Of a stretch of 64,000 nt of DNA, positions 38,836 to 49,870 are shown in pieces; positions within the stretch are counted from its first letter, which is position 1, and every line of letters starts with the position of its first letter. Both the position numbers and the translations under genes were made by a program. Under the pieces are notes generated by a model. The model did no database searches, had not been told where the DNA came from, and saw only the letters and a program-made list of their open reading frames with translations. Origin of the DNA: Callorhinchus milii (Eukaryota); the NCBI RefSeq assembly GCF_018977255.1, contig NW_024704743.1, positions 79,796,001 through 79,860,000 of the forward strand, read 5' to 3'.

Positions 38836-39287
38836 CTGCAGAATAAACAAGAGAATTTCAGGTATTGTGGTCTTGGGTAGCAGCTCTTTCTGAACTGGTT
38901 CTGAAGTAAATAAGCTTAATAGAGTATCAAACACGGGGAGTTCAAACAATAGCTGAAATGTCAAGTACTGAAGCAGCCAAAGCCAGATTAACACAACTCT
39001 AAAGATCCATCCACAATACCGATCAAACTTGCTGATCATATCCACCCGGAATGTGAAAGTGTGAATCTTCTCTCATGGAGACATATACTCAATGGGTCTA
39101 AAAAGTGCTTCAACAGCATCAACAGGAAAGGCACCAGCAACATAAATCGCATCGTCCTACAGGCCATCCCCTGAACAACACTGCAAGATCATAAGATTTC
39201 AGAGCAAGAGGTCAGGTGCACTCTGAGACTTGCGACTCTGCATGCTGTACAGGAGATTGGCAGTGAGCAGAAATTGTGAGATAGACC

Positions 39288-39651
39288 TACCTGTAGCTTG
39301 GTGTTAAAGCACTCGCCTCGCAAGCGAGAGACCTGGGTTTGATTCCCAGGCAGGGAGAAACATTGGGCAAGTTTTGTTACTCCACACACCTCGGTTTACC
39401 TAGCAGTAAGTAGGAACCCAGTTGTTAAGTCGAGTGGCGGATAATAATCAGGGGTAATAAACCCTTTAAAAATAAAATTTGGTCATTCAATCCATGACTG
39501 TTTGTGGGACACTGCTGTACGCAATTGGTTGCTGCGTTTCCCACAAAATATACAGTCAATTCGCTTTACAGTATATTCTGTGAAGTGCTTTGAGACGTCT
39601 CGAAGACGCGATTAGGCAAGGATATATCAAATGCAAGGATTATTATTATTA
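39288..39651 (+). mobile_element. SINE family A, long variant
   Basis: Head CTCGCCTCGCAAGCGAG, internal segment as at 33.6 kb, (TTA)n tail. Confidence 0.9.
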
Positions 39652-40899
39652 TAAATATAATCTCGCAAAGATCTACCCTGAAATGAATAACTGAGCAAAA
39701 TTCCATTCAGCATTATTCACATTGCCTTTGGCACTGTAGGACTTCCCATTGTGGCCTTGTACTGCCAAATGCTCCACGTGCAACTCTGGACAGAATTTCT
39801 ACCCCTAGGTACATGATGGGTATTTACATTTTTATTTGCAGGCTGCGGCTGGCAGAGAGACTCAGTCTGCTACGCCAGTCTAATTTCATAGTGGTGCATG
39901 CAGTCTGAATTGCTGTCACAAAACTCCCTGGACTGAGCCGAGTCTCCAGCTACTTCACATGGATTCACAAAAATATAATCTCGCAAACACCTACCCTGAA
40001 ATGAATAACTGGGCAAAACTTCCGACTGTACAGAATCTGACAACTATTTACACTTCGATGCTTTGTAAACACATGATTCTCCTAAAACATGTGGCATCAG
40101 AATCAGAAATGCTTCTACTGCAACAAACAGTTTGTGAGAACATTATTTAGTTAAAGCCAAATAAAACATCATGCACAGAATAATAATAATAATCCTTACA
40201 TTTTGATGCAATGAAATTATTATAAATATAAAATCCCAGTGCAAATTTGGGCATTGTTAGAGCAACGAAAAATCGTTACAAGATAAATATTCAGCTTATC
40301 CAACCTCTGCTGACCCCAGTGCTGTTTCTGCATAAACCGGTTTAACAACAAACCTCTTGTGTGGTGCACAAGATAAAAGACCCCTCCATAGTCCCCCACA
40401 GCAGAGCTCTATCAGCACTGCAGTGGGTGGGTGTTTCTAGGAGATAAATACAAGTTCCAGTGAGAAACAATTGAATTCATAATAATAAAAAAAACTTTGG
40501 ATATCTATTGTAAAGGTTTGCAAACTACTTTACAGGGAAGAAAGATAGTGTAACTTTCCGAAAAATTGCTTGTACTTACAGGAACTTAATCTTCTTAGAT
40601 GTTGGTCTGAAAAGTCTCCCCCCATCAAGAGTTAACGACTAAACCTTAAACCTTAACTGACTTTCTTGTTCTTTTACTGAGTGACAGCTCAGTTCTGGCA
40701 CTGACATTGGTCTGAAACTCAACCTAAACGGTTCGACGGTGGAGGGGAGGACAGATTGTTCCATGTATACTCTGGACATACCGTCAGCAATGATGCACAT
40801 GCAGAACCAACACCGACCAATTCCAAACTAAATAGTCATCTAATTTCCTCTTGGATTTGCTGACAAAGTCTGTCCTCACCACTTTCCAGCAAGTCTATT

Positions 40900-41180
40900 C
40901 AATAACTTGCAACTATATAGCATCTTAGAGAGGTGGAGGAGCTTGACACTGAGCTGGGTAGAGGACTATAGGCATGGTCGAAGAGGAAGGTCATTGGGTG
41001 TGATCTGAAGATGGGCAAGGAAGTGGCAAGACTGAGGGATTGAGGTAGAGAGCTCCATCGTTTCAGGGCATAGTAGCTGAAAGTACAGCTGCTGATGGTT
41101 GAGCAAAGGGGACAAATAACATGCAAGAAGTTGAAGCCTGTTGAACATAGGCGGCAGGTGTAAGCAGGTTGGAGAGGTAG
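40900..41180 (-). mobile_element. Old L2 3' fragment
   Basis: WSSLPQSLSLATSLPIFRSHPMTFLFDHAY. Confidence 0.65.
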
Positions 41181-41580
41181 GAAGGTGAATGTACACAGAG
41201 TAGGTGGATTTACCCTGGACTTCGCTCTCTGCAATCTCGTACAAAGCACAACCTGACTTGTACACTCCACATGATAATGGAATGCAACCTGCTACTTCCT
41301 GATCAAACCTCCAATTTATCACATAAGTGCACCATCCAAAGCATCCGAAGAGTCAGTGAAGTCACTGAAATTAGTGAAATTTCATGTGGTTCCATGTCTC
41401 ACTAGGATTACCATTCGTGGAGATAGATACCACAATTGCACTCTGTGCAGAATCCTTTCAGAAAAGAAGCTCCCATGTGAGTTGACTGCTGCATTCATGT
41501 GCCGTTCTCTGCCCCCTCCTTCAGAGCAACTTTGAGGAACTCACCATCCAAACCGTCCACACCTGCTGTCTTACCATATG
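41180..41580 (-). mobile_element. Ancient non-LTR RT fragment (RTE/L1-like)
   Basis: GKTAGVDGLDGEFLK ... SAIVVSI...GNPS...N ... YEIAESEVQGKSTYSVYI across frameshifts. Confidence 0.55.
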
Positions 41581-41599
41581 TAAGCTGGCATTTTGTAGG

Positions 41600-41920
41600 T
41601 GAATGTGGTGGTCAAATTGCACCCACAAACAGTGATAATGTGAATGATCAATTTTTTTAGGTTTGTTGGCTAGGACATCAGGAGAAACTCTCTGCTCTTT
41701 TCAAATTGTGCCATGGGATCTTTAACGTCCACTTGAGCAGGTAGTCAAGACCTCAGTTTAACGTCTCAATCGAAGGACAGCACCTACAACAGTGCAGCGC
41801 ATCCCCAGTACTGCACTAGAGTCAGTTTAGACTATACGAGTGGAAAGTTCAACATAGGAACTGAGCCCACAACCTTCTGACCCAAAAGCGAGAGTGCTAG
41901 TGACCAAGCCGTGCTGATAA
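41600..41920 (-). mobile_element. SINE family B
   Basis: Reverse copy with head at ~41860-41920. Confidence 0.8.
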
Positions 41921-42394
41921 CTAACTCACATACACAGAGAAATATTACATAGAAATAATCATTAATAAAGTAGCGGCAAGATACTGTACAGAAACAATTT
42001 AATATTATCAAGAGATACCCTGATAAGTCACACTCAAACAGAAGGACCACTGTGTCAGCTGCTCTAAGGGTTCCATTGCATCACTGGACCAATGCAAAAG
42101 ATCATACTTTATCTTAGACTGCTGTCAATCGAAATACATTTCTGCATATTTCCAGAACCCTACTTTGTAATATTGGTAGATACCAACGTGAGCATTTGCC
42201 TACACATAGAATCACTGCACTTTACAGTAGATTCTAAAGCACACATAGATGTCTCAATGACATTATAAAACGTGATATCAAATGCAAGTATTATAATTAT
42301 TATACAGCACAAAACAAATTTACAGATATATATATTTTAATATATTATACATACACACATATATGTCAGGAGGATGTCCCACATCCACGATATC

Positions 42395-42655
42395 CACCTT
42401 TCTGTGCATCTAACCCTTCCCACCACCAGAGATCGGGCCTTCAGTCTCTCTGCCCCCACCTTCTGGAACTCCATCCCACATTTCCTTTGCCTCCCTCACT
42501 CCTTTGCCTCCTTCAAGACCCTCCTCTTCGACCGTGCCTTCGGCCACCCTCAATGATCCCAACCCCCACCCTGGCTCGGGTCCTGAACCCTGACTGTTCA
42601 GTGCCTTGGGACATCCTCCTGATGTGAAAGGCGTTTTACAAATGTAACTTTGTAT
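42395..42655 (+). mobile_element. L2 3' end
   Basis: RAFSLSAPTFWNSIP...FKTLLFDRAF followed by the L2 tail. Confidence 0.8.
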
Positions 42656-43861
42656 TGTATATAGCTCCTTTCACACGGGATAGCGTTGCAGAGCCCTATA
42701 TAAAAGGAGAGAAAGAAAGTGAGAAACAACAAATTACATTTGTAGAGCACCTTTCATGTCAGGAGGACGTCCCAAGGCGCTGCAAAGAGAGAGAGAGAGA
42801 AAAAGGAGAGAAACAGAGAGACAGAAAGAGAGAGAGAAAAAGAAAGGTGTGTTTACTGAGTTATTAATTTCCAGAAGTTACATAAACGATCTGTGTATTT
42901 TAAGAGCTGGAAAGACCATTGCCTCTGTTCAAATAATTCAAAATCTATTTAAAGGGGAGGTAGTGTCATCTCACTTCGATGTCCTGTAATTTATGGGCAA
43001 TTTTTTCTCTCTTCCTTTCTGAGAAAGCTTGCCCATGGCGGCTAATGATTAACAGTTCTGAGGAATGAGAGCCAGTGTCCATGCTGCTTGAGTATCTGTA
43101 CTTTCCAGATCAACAGAAAACTTTATCAGCCTCTTGGGAAGCTTGACTCTCATTTCTTCCTGTCAGTGTCATGCACTAACTGAAACCTATCTCAAAACCA
43201 TGAATCATTTCTAAAATTTCACATATTATTTGTGCAGGTGGTCATGATGAAAATGACAATCATGGCCTTTCCCCACCCTTGCTTTTCAGTTTGATTTTTT
43301 CTTAAATTAAAATTATTAGTAAAATGAGTCATTAAAACGAAATATTCCACTGAGACTAAAACATTAGTAACGGCTCGGCAATGACAACTGGGGCTCTTTC
43401 TCAAGTATTGCTCATGTGCTTTCTCATGTCAAAAGCCCAGCTGAGTAAAAAAGGCACAAGTGGACTCAAACCTGCAAAAAAGTTCAAAGTCACAGAAAAG
43501 TATGTGAGGTTTATAATAAGAGAATCGGGAGAAAAACTTTAATTCTTGTTTGCCTATTCAGGTAGACGTTACAAATACTGTTTGAAAAGAGAAGGCAGTT
43601 TCTTCCAGTGTTCAGGCCAACAATCCTCCAGATAAAAGATGATCATTCACTTCGTGGCTGTTTGTGGGACGCTGCCATGCCCAAATTGGCTGGTGCGTTC
43701 GCCTATAAATATAGTCACTACACTTCAAGGTAAAAATCCTCCCCGAGAAGTGCTTTGAGACATCCCAATGATGTGATAAGGTGATAAATAAAATACAAAA
43801 ATGATTAATTATTAATATAATTCAAAAAAAGGTTACGAGACCCACCAGAATATTCATGGGA

Positions 43862-44065
43862 CAGCTCCGTCCCTCTTTCTAACACTCCGATACGCGCAGC
43901 CTCTCACCAGGTTGTTTGAGGTACAAGTGTTGGAAAGAGGAGAGAAACGGGAGGGGAGGTATGACTATACCTCTAGTTCCGCCACTCTTACCGTCACTCA
44001 CCACACTGCCTCGTACAACCTGGTGAGAGACAGCGCAGTGAGTGACAGCAAGAGGGATGGAGCTG
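43862..44065. other. ~205-nt imperfect inverted repeat (rod-like hairpin)
   Basis: CAGCTCCGTCCCTCTT/AAGAGGGATGGAGCTG, CTCTCACCAGGTTGT/ACAACCTGGTGAGAG, GAGGTAT-GACT-ATACCTC. Confidence 0.85.
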
Positions 44066-44105
44066 GAGGTATGAGTCACTCCTCCAGGAGGTCAGATGAG
44101 GTAAA

Positions 44106-44322
44106 ATAATAATAATAATCCTTGCATTTGATATATCGCTTTTCACGTCTTCTGGAGTTCTCAAAACGCTTCAGAGAAGACTGTAAAGTGAATTGACTGT
44201 ATATTTGTGGGTGAGATGTGGCGGCCAATTGCACACAGCAGTGTCCCACAAACAGCCGTGGATTGAAATGACCAATTTATTATTGTTTTTTTCTTGAGGG
44301 ATTATTATCAGGCAGTGTGGAG
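44106..44322 (-). mobile_element. SINE family A, 5'-truncated
   Basis: Body and (TTA)n tail on the minus strand. Confidence 0.85.
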
Positions 44323-44364
44323 AGCAGGAGCCATGTCTAGTAGCAATAGAGGTTGTCTTAGTTG

Positions 44365-44542
44365 CACTGAAAAAAGATTTTGATGCAGACAGTGTTGATG
44401 AATTTGTTCACTTTCTGGATTTCTTACCACACATTAAATGTGCGAAAACTCTGTGAGAAATACTGACGTATATGAAACAGAATCACTTTGTGGAATCAAC
44501 ATTTCCAAATGTGACAGTTGCTCTTTGTATGTTCTTACTTGG
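44365..44542 (+). mobile_element. hAT-superfamily transposase fossil (C-terminal dimerisation region)
   Basis: Translates as KDFDADSVDEFVHFLDFLPHIKCAKTL*EILTYMKQNHFVESTFPNVTVALCMFL, matching the D..E...F...EIL...FPNV.IAL..FL pattern of hAT C-termini. Confidence 0.65.
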
Positions 44543-44610
44543 CTTAGAGACCCAGATCCTTTAATCTGCCCTAATGCCTTTTGTTCAGCCCTTGGCTGGA
44601 CATCACCATT

Positions 44611-46304
44611 TAATCAAACTCATCCTCTCCCTGAAACCTACCACCTGCTCCCTTGACCCCATCCCCACTCCACTCCTTATCTCCCAGCTCCACCTCCTTG
44701 CCCCACATATCACAGACATCGTCAACATGTCCCTCTCCTTTGGCTCTATTCCCATTCCCTTAAAAACTGCCACCATCACTCCCACCTTAAAAAAACCCTC
44801 CCTTGATGCGTCGCAGCTATCAAGCTACCGGCCCATCTCCAACCTCCCCTTCCTATCCAAGGTCCTGGAACGAGTTGTCGCCTCCCAACTGCGCTCTTTC
44901 CTCTCCACCCATTCACTATTCGAACCCCTTCAATCGGGTTTCCGTGCTGCCCATAGCACAGAAACTGCCCTGGTCAAGGTCACCAATGACATCCTGACCA
45001 TCTGTGACCAGGGCTCCCTCTGCCTCCTCGTCCTCCTCGACCTATCGGCCGCATTCGTTACGGTCGACCACTCTATCCTCCTCCACCACATGTCCTCCCA
45101 CCTCAACCTTCAAGGCCCTGTCCTTGAGTGGTTTAGGTCCTACCTCTCCCACCGTCTTCACTTTGTCTCCACAAATGGCTTCTCCTCCAGCCCCCGCACT
45201 GTCTCGTGCGGTGTCCCTCAAGGCTCTGTCCTCGGTCCCCTCCTCTTCACCCTCTATATGCTCTCCCTTGGTGACATCATCCGCAGACATGGAGTTAACT
45301 TCCACATGTATGCGGATGACACCCAACTCTACCTTTCCTCCTCTACCCTCAACTCCACGACCACCGATGTCCTGACAGCCTGCCTGTCCGACATCGAGTC
45401 CTGGACGAGAGACAACTTTCTTCAGCTCAACGTGCGAAAAACTGAGGCCCTCCTGATTGGCTCACGTCAGCGCCTCCGCACCTCAGGCGCTGACAGCATC
45501 AGCATCCAAGGCTGCACTCTCCACCTCTCAAAGCCGGTCAGGAACCTCGGGGTTCTGTTCGACCCTGAGCTGTCCTTTCTCTCTCATATCCGCGCCACAA
45601 CTGGCACCGCCTTCCATCACCTCCGGAACATCGCCAGACTACGGCACTACCTCACCCCTCACGCTGCTGAAACTCTGGTCCACGCCTTTATCACCTCAAG
45701 GCTGGACTATGGGAACTCTCTCCTCGCCGGCCTTCCCGGGACCTCCCTCCACAAGCTGCAGGTCATTCAGAACTCTGCAGCTCGTGTACTGTCCCGCACC
45801 AGGCTTCGGGACCACATCACTCCCACCCTCGCTCGCCTCCACTGGCTCCCCATCCCCCAGAGGATCGAATTCAAGATCCTCATCCTCACCTACAAGGCCA
45901 TTCACGGCCTTGCTCCCTCCTGCCTCTCCGACCTACTATCCCCCTACCTACCTGCCCGTACCCTCCGTTCCTCTGGCTCCAGTCTACTCCACATCCCCCG
46001 ACCCAACCGCTCTACCAACGGTGGCCGGGCCTTCAGCCTCTCAGCCTCTAGACTCTGGAACTCTATCCCCCAGTGCCTTCGCCGCCTCCTCCCTTTCCTC
46101 CTTCAAGGCCGGTCTCAAGACCTTTCTCTTTGACCGTGCCTTCAGCTCCCCTCTCGACTCTCTACCCCTTCCTCGCTCCCTCCCTTCCCTCCCCTCACCC
46201 TGACCATTCCCCCTGCTCGGGTCCTGACCCAACTGTACAGCCCCTTGGGACGTCCTCCCGACGTGAAAGGCGCTCAATAAATGGAATCTTGTTGTTGTTG
46301 TTGT
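44611..46304 (+). mobile_element. Young 5'-truncated L2-clade LINE (RT domain, 3'UTR, (TTG)n tail)
   Basis: 519-aa ORF with [43 protein letters not shown]; no endonuclease domain; +1 frameshift in a C run near 46070. Confidence 0.95.
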
Positions 46305-46591
46305 AATTTACTTCTGAACATTGTGGTATTGATTTCCATTTTACAGCCTCAGAAAGTTTGACACCTGCTGCGTCAAAAGTCTGATTCACAGCCAGAATCC
46401 CAGTGTTCAGAAGCACCCAGATAAAGTACTCTCTCCAAACAGAAGCAATTTTATCATAAAAATAAATATTTCTTGCACCTGATAAGTGTTTTTCACATTG
46501 GGGAGGTTGGTCTCAAAACCATTTCACAGGATTTATTGTAAAGTGCAGTGACTGTGTACAGTATTTTGTAGGAGAATGTGGCAGCTAATTT

Positions 46592-46913
46592 TCTGTAGCT
46601 CAGTGGTTAGAGCACTCGCTTTGCAAGTGAGAGACCTGAGTTCAATTCCAGGCAGGGCGAAACCTTGGGCAAGTTTCCTTACTCCACACGCCTAATAATA
46701 ATCCCTCCAAAAAAACAAAAACAATAATAAATTGGTCATTTTCAATCTACGACTGTTTGTGGGACATTGCTATGCGCAATTGGCTGCCGCGTTCGCCCAC
46801 AAATATACAGTCAATTCACTTTACAGTGTGTTCTGTGAAGCGCTTTGGGACGTCCTCCCGACGTGAAAAGCGCTACATCAAATGCAAGGATTATTATTAT
46901 TATTATTATTATT
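46592..46913 (+). mobile_element. SINE family A
   Basis: Intact tRNA-like head and long (TTA)n tail; abuts an opposite-strand SINE tail at 46450-46590. Confidence 0.9.
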
Positions 46914-47174
46914 ACACACAGTGAAGGTCACAAACGTAACACCGCTAGTTAAGAGTGGGAGAGAAAAAAAAGGGAACTATAGTGAATGACAAATTTTATC
47001 TGGGGATTGTTGGTCAGGCATCGAGAGAAACTAATTTCTCTTTTTGAATATTTCCAATGGTATCTTGCACACATTGTAAATTGCAAAGAACATCGGAACC
47101 CTCCCATGTACCCTGCAATAAGTGTGACGTGACCAAACATCTCTTCAGGATTTACAATGGTCATTTCAGAAATT

Positions 47175-47585
47175 GTCAGAATGGTTCAGTTTGTAGCACT
47201 CTCACCTCGGAGTCTGAATGTTGTAGGTTCAAGCCCCCAGTTGGACTTTGAACTCATATAGTCTAGGCTGACACCCCAATGCAGTACTTATCCAACAATG
47301 CCTTGTCGGAAATGTTGTACTTCAGATGAGACATTAAACTGTCTGCCTTTTCAGGTGGATGTTAAAGATCCATGGCACAATTCGAAAACAGAAGGGAAAC
47401 AGAAAGACAGAAGACAGAAGTGTCTTGGCCAACAAACCCACTGATAAAATTGGTTATCCACATCATGGCTGTATGTGGGACATTGCCTTGTGCAAATTGG
47501 CTGCTGCGTTTGCCTACAAAATTCACATTTACTACCTTCACAGTAAATCTTGTGAAGCACTTTAAGGCATCCTCCTGATGCGAAA
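47175..47585 (+). mobile_element. SINE family B, tail split by a CR1 fragment
   Basis: Head and body present; final TGCAAGGATTATTATTA found after the CR1 piece at ~47882. Confidence 0.85.
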
Positions 47586-47587
47586 AA

Positions 47588-47884
47588 CGATTGACTGGAA
47601 GGTCGCAAACGTAACACCGCTATTTAAGAAGAGTGGGAGAGAAAAAAAGGGAACTATAGGCCAATTAGTGGTAGGGAAAATTCTAGAGTCTATAATTAGG
47701 GACGTCATCGTGGGGCACTTAGAAAGTCATAATATGATCAGCGAGAGTCAACATGGTTGTATGAAAGTAAAATCATGTTTAACAGATCTTTTAGAGTTTT
47801 TTGAAGATGTAACTAGCAGGTTAGATGGGGGGAAACCAGTAGATGTGGTGTATTTGGATTTCCAGAAGGCATTCGACAAGGTGC
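47588..47884 (+). mobile_element. CR1 RT N-terminal fragment embedded in a SINE tail
   Basis: DWKVANVTPLFKK...SQHGCMK.KSCLTDLLEFFE...VDVVYLDFQKAFDKV. Confidence 0.9.
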
Positions 47885-49747
47885 AAGGATTATTATTATC
47901 AGCCGAAAAGTAGCCACACTGTCTGCAAAGTCCATTAAATATTTATGCCTCTTCACACCTTTGTAAGGCCTGAAATCATAAAGGAGTGATAAGCTGAACT
48001 CCTTCCACATTTTAACCTCAAAGGTAAAACAAATGTAAATTCAAAAACTAAACTTTATGCCAGTGTCCTTGCTTCCAGCTACATTCTGTAACACGTTCAG
48101 CAAAGTAGCGATAGTGAAATGGAAACCTCTCACCGTTTTCCGAAGGGTTGGGGAGCAGGGTTCAGTCCACAACCTTTCCAGCAACCAAAGCGAGCCTGCT
48201 TTGTAATGCTGTTTTTTGTGGCTTTTAATAAAAATAAAGGAAGGCTATAATGTCCGATTACAAAGTCTGAGGAGACTGAGTACAACAGCTCTTGGGCATT
48301 ATGGTTAAGAGTAAGTGATGCATTTTGGAGCCAAATGCCCATAATTGAAGACAATTATAAATAATTAAGAGAAAACAAAACATAAAGTACATATAACCAG
48401 TTCTATCAAATAATTATTTATGCTCTGATGTCAAATCAGTTCTGCTTTTATGTACAATGACGCAAATTATAGCTTAAGAGCCTTAAATACACCATGGAAA
48501 GAGAACACTATATCCACCTACAGCATTGAAAACCACCCCCACCACCATGTTCAACGTCCATTGAACTCCATCACTGCTCAAGACTCTCTCTTCTTTCATA
48601 TTTCTATTAACACTCAAAATACTGCACAATCCATCTCCTCTATAGTTTTAAAATCCATACTTCCCTTCTACGATATTTACATAACGGACTCTGTGCAATT
48701 TCCTATTATGAATGTCAAATTTCTTCACAATATGGCAGGAATAGGGTAATTTTTGTAAAGTGATAAACATAACACCTTATTTCCTTTATTTAGAAGCTAT
48801 ATCTGGTGTGACTGCCTTCTTCCTTTGTTAAACAACCTGTTTAATGTCCTCAGTCAAAGCACCTCATCACAGTAGATTTATCAGACTAGCTTATGTTTAG
48901 GGCTGCTAATACTCTAATGTCCTGTGCCACTAAGTGACTGGATATGTACAGGAGTATATCAGTCCCCAAAAGTCATCAGTTCCTCTCCACAGGAGAAACT
49001 GTTCAAACCAGAGGGCCACTTTCATGCATTTGCTGTCTGCATCAAGCTATCTAACTCCTCAACCAGAGAATGGCACGATGTTCAGAGTCTTAGTCAAGTG
49101 GAGAAGGTTCACGGAAATGGGAGCAGTGGAAGAGAAATCAATTCTAGTCAATGTAAATTTTAACTTCATTAAAAAGAACAAACAAGCCAGGAAAGAGAGG
49201 GCATAACTTAAAGATAATCACACAAAGAATTAAAAGGGAGGGTGGAGCAAAAAAGTACTTTATACAGAGGGTTGCTTATGAAATTCTCTACCACAAACCA
49301 CAGTTGAAGCGGAATTATTTCAGAAGGAAATCAAACAGATGCTTGAGAAAAGCGGAATATTATGGGGAACGAGCAAGAGAGTGGTTTGAGACTTGGTGAC
49401 TCGTGGAGAAAAAAAAAGACAGGGAGGATTGATGGGTCAAATGCCTTCTTTCTGTGCTGTACTCTATGACCAGTGAAACCTTAATGCATTCAGTCATAAA
49501 CCATTCGAACTGAAAAGTAGTTTGAGTAATGTCTCACAGGATAGACAGTCATATTCCTAGCACAGATTCAATTTTCAACAACTTAGTTCAACAGACTGAA
49601 CAACGGGTAAAGCGAGGCACAGTTAGTTTGTTCACAATTTATTCATTTGGTTTCAGGTTACAGTCTATTAAAAGCTAGGTGGGAAAGATAGATACTGTGA
49701 AAATAAAAATCAAGATATTTGCTCATTGCAAAATGCAAAAACAAAAC

Positions 49748-49870
49748 CTGGGTGTTGTTTCTGAAGATGGAGAACTTTAGTTGCTCAAAGCCACCATTTC
49801 TATCCGAGCGGTTAACCGAGTCAATGTGATACTGATTAGAATGACTGTGGTACCCAGTTGGAGAGCTCAT
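49748..49870 (-). CDS. Candidate first coding exon of the minus-strand gene (MSSPTGYHSHSNQYHIDSVNRSDRNGGFEQLKFSIFRNNTQ)
   Basis: ATG at 49870; 41 open codons ending CAG|GTTTTG (phase 0, weak donor); upstream acceptor TATTTCAG near 49909; ~500 bp downstream of the CpG promoter. Confidence 0.45.

Larger units (their letters stand above)
7135..49870 (-). pseudogene. Putative multi-exon gene or pseudogene for a multi-pass membrane protein with GR-like/7TM ion-channel resemblance
   Basis: Four in-frame 5' exons plus hydrophobic exon-like blocks (34210-~33960, 28875-28468, 23878-~23690, 21377-21281, 8621-8510, 7197-7135) with in-frame stops or frameshifts; family assignment is by motif resemblance only. 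Confidence 0.4.

Noticed and set aside
40740..40882. C/D-box snoRNA candidate (TGATG...CTGA with GTCAGCAA/TTGCTGAC stem)
   Set aside because: Box C is imperfect, box D is buried in the stem, and it is antisense to the presumed host gene.
44574..46133. 519-aa ORF as a host gene or autonomous retroelement
   Set aside because: It is the RT part of a 5'-truncated L2: no endonuclease or ORF1, the start lies in flanking DNA, and the C-terminus is frameshifted.
46592..46670. tRNA genes (also at 20278, 25130, 33730, 39288, 14107)
   Set aside because: These are tRNA-derived SINE heads that run directly into the SINE body and lack a proper acceptor stem and terminator.
48134..48221. Minus-strand exon HKKQHYKAGSLWLLERLWTEPCSPTLRKT with an ACG|GTGAGA donor
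   Set aside because: Phase 2 entry is incompatible with the phase-0 upstream exon, where it would introduce a stop. Left unassigned; possibly an alternative exon.
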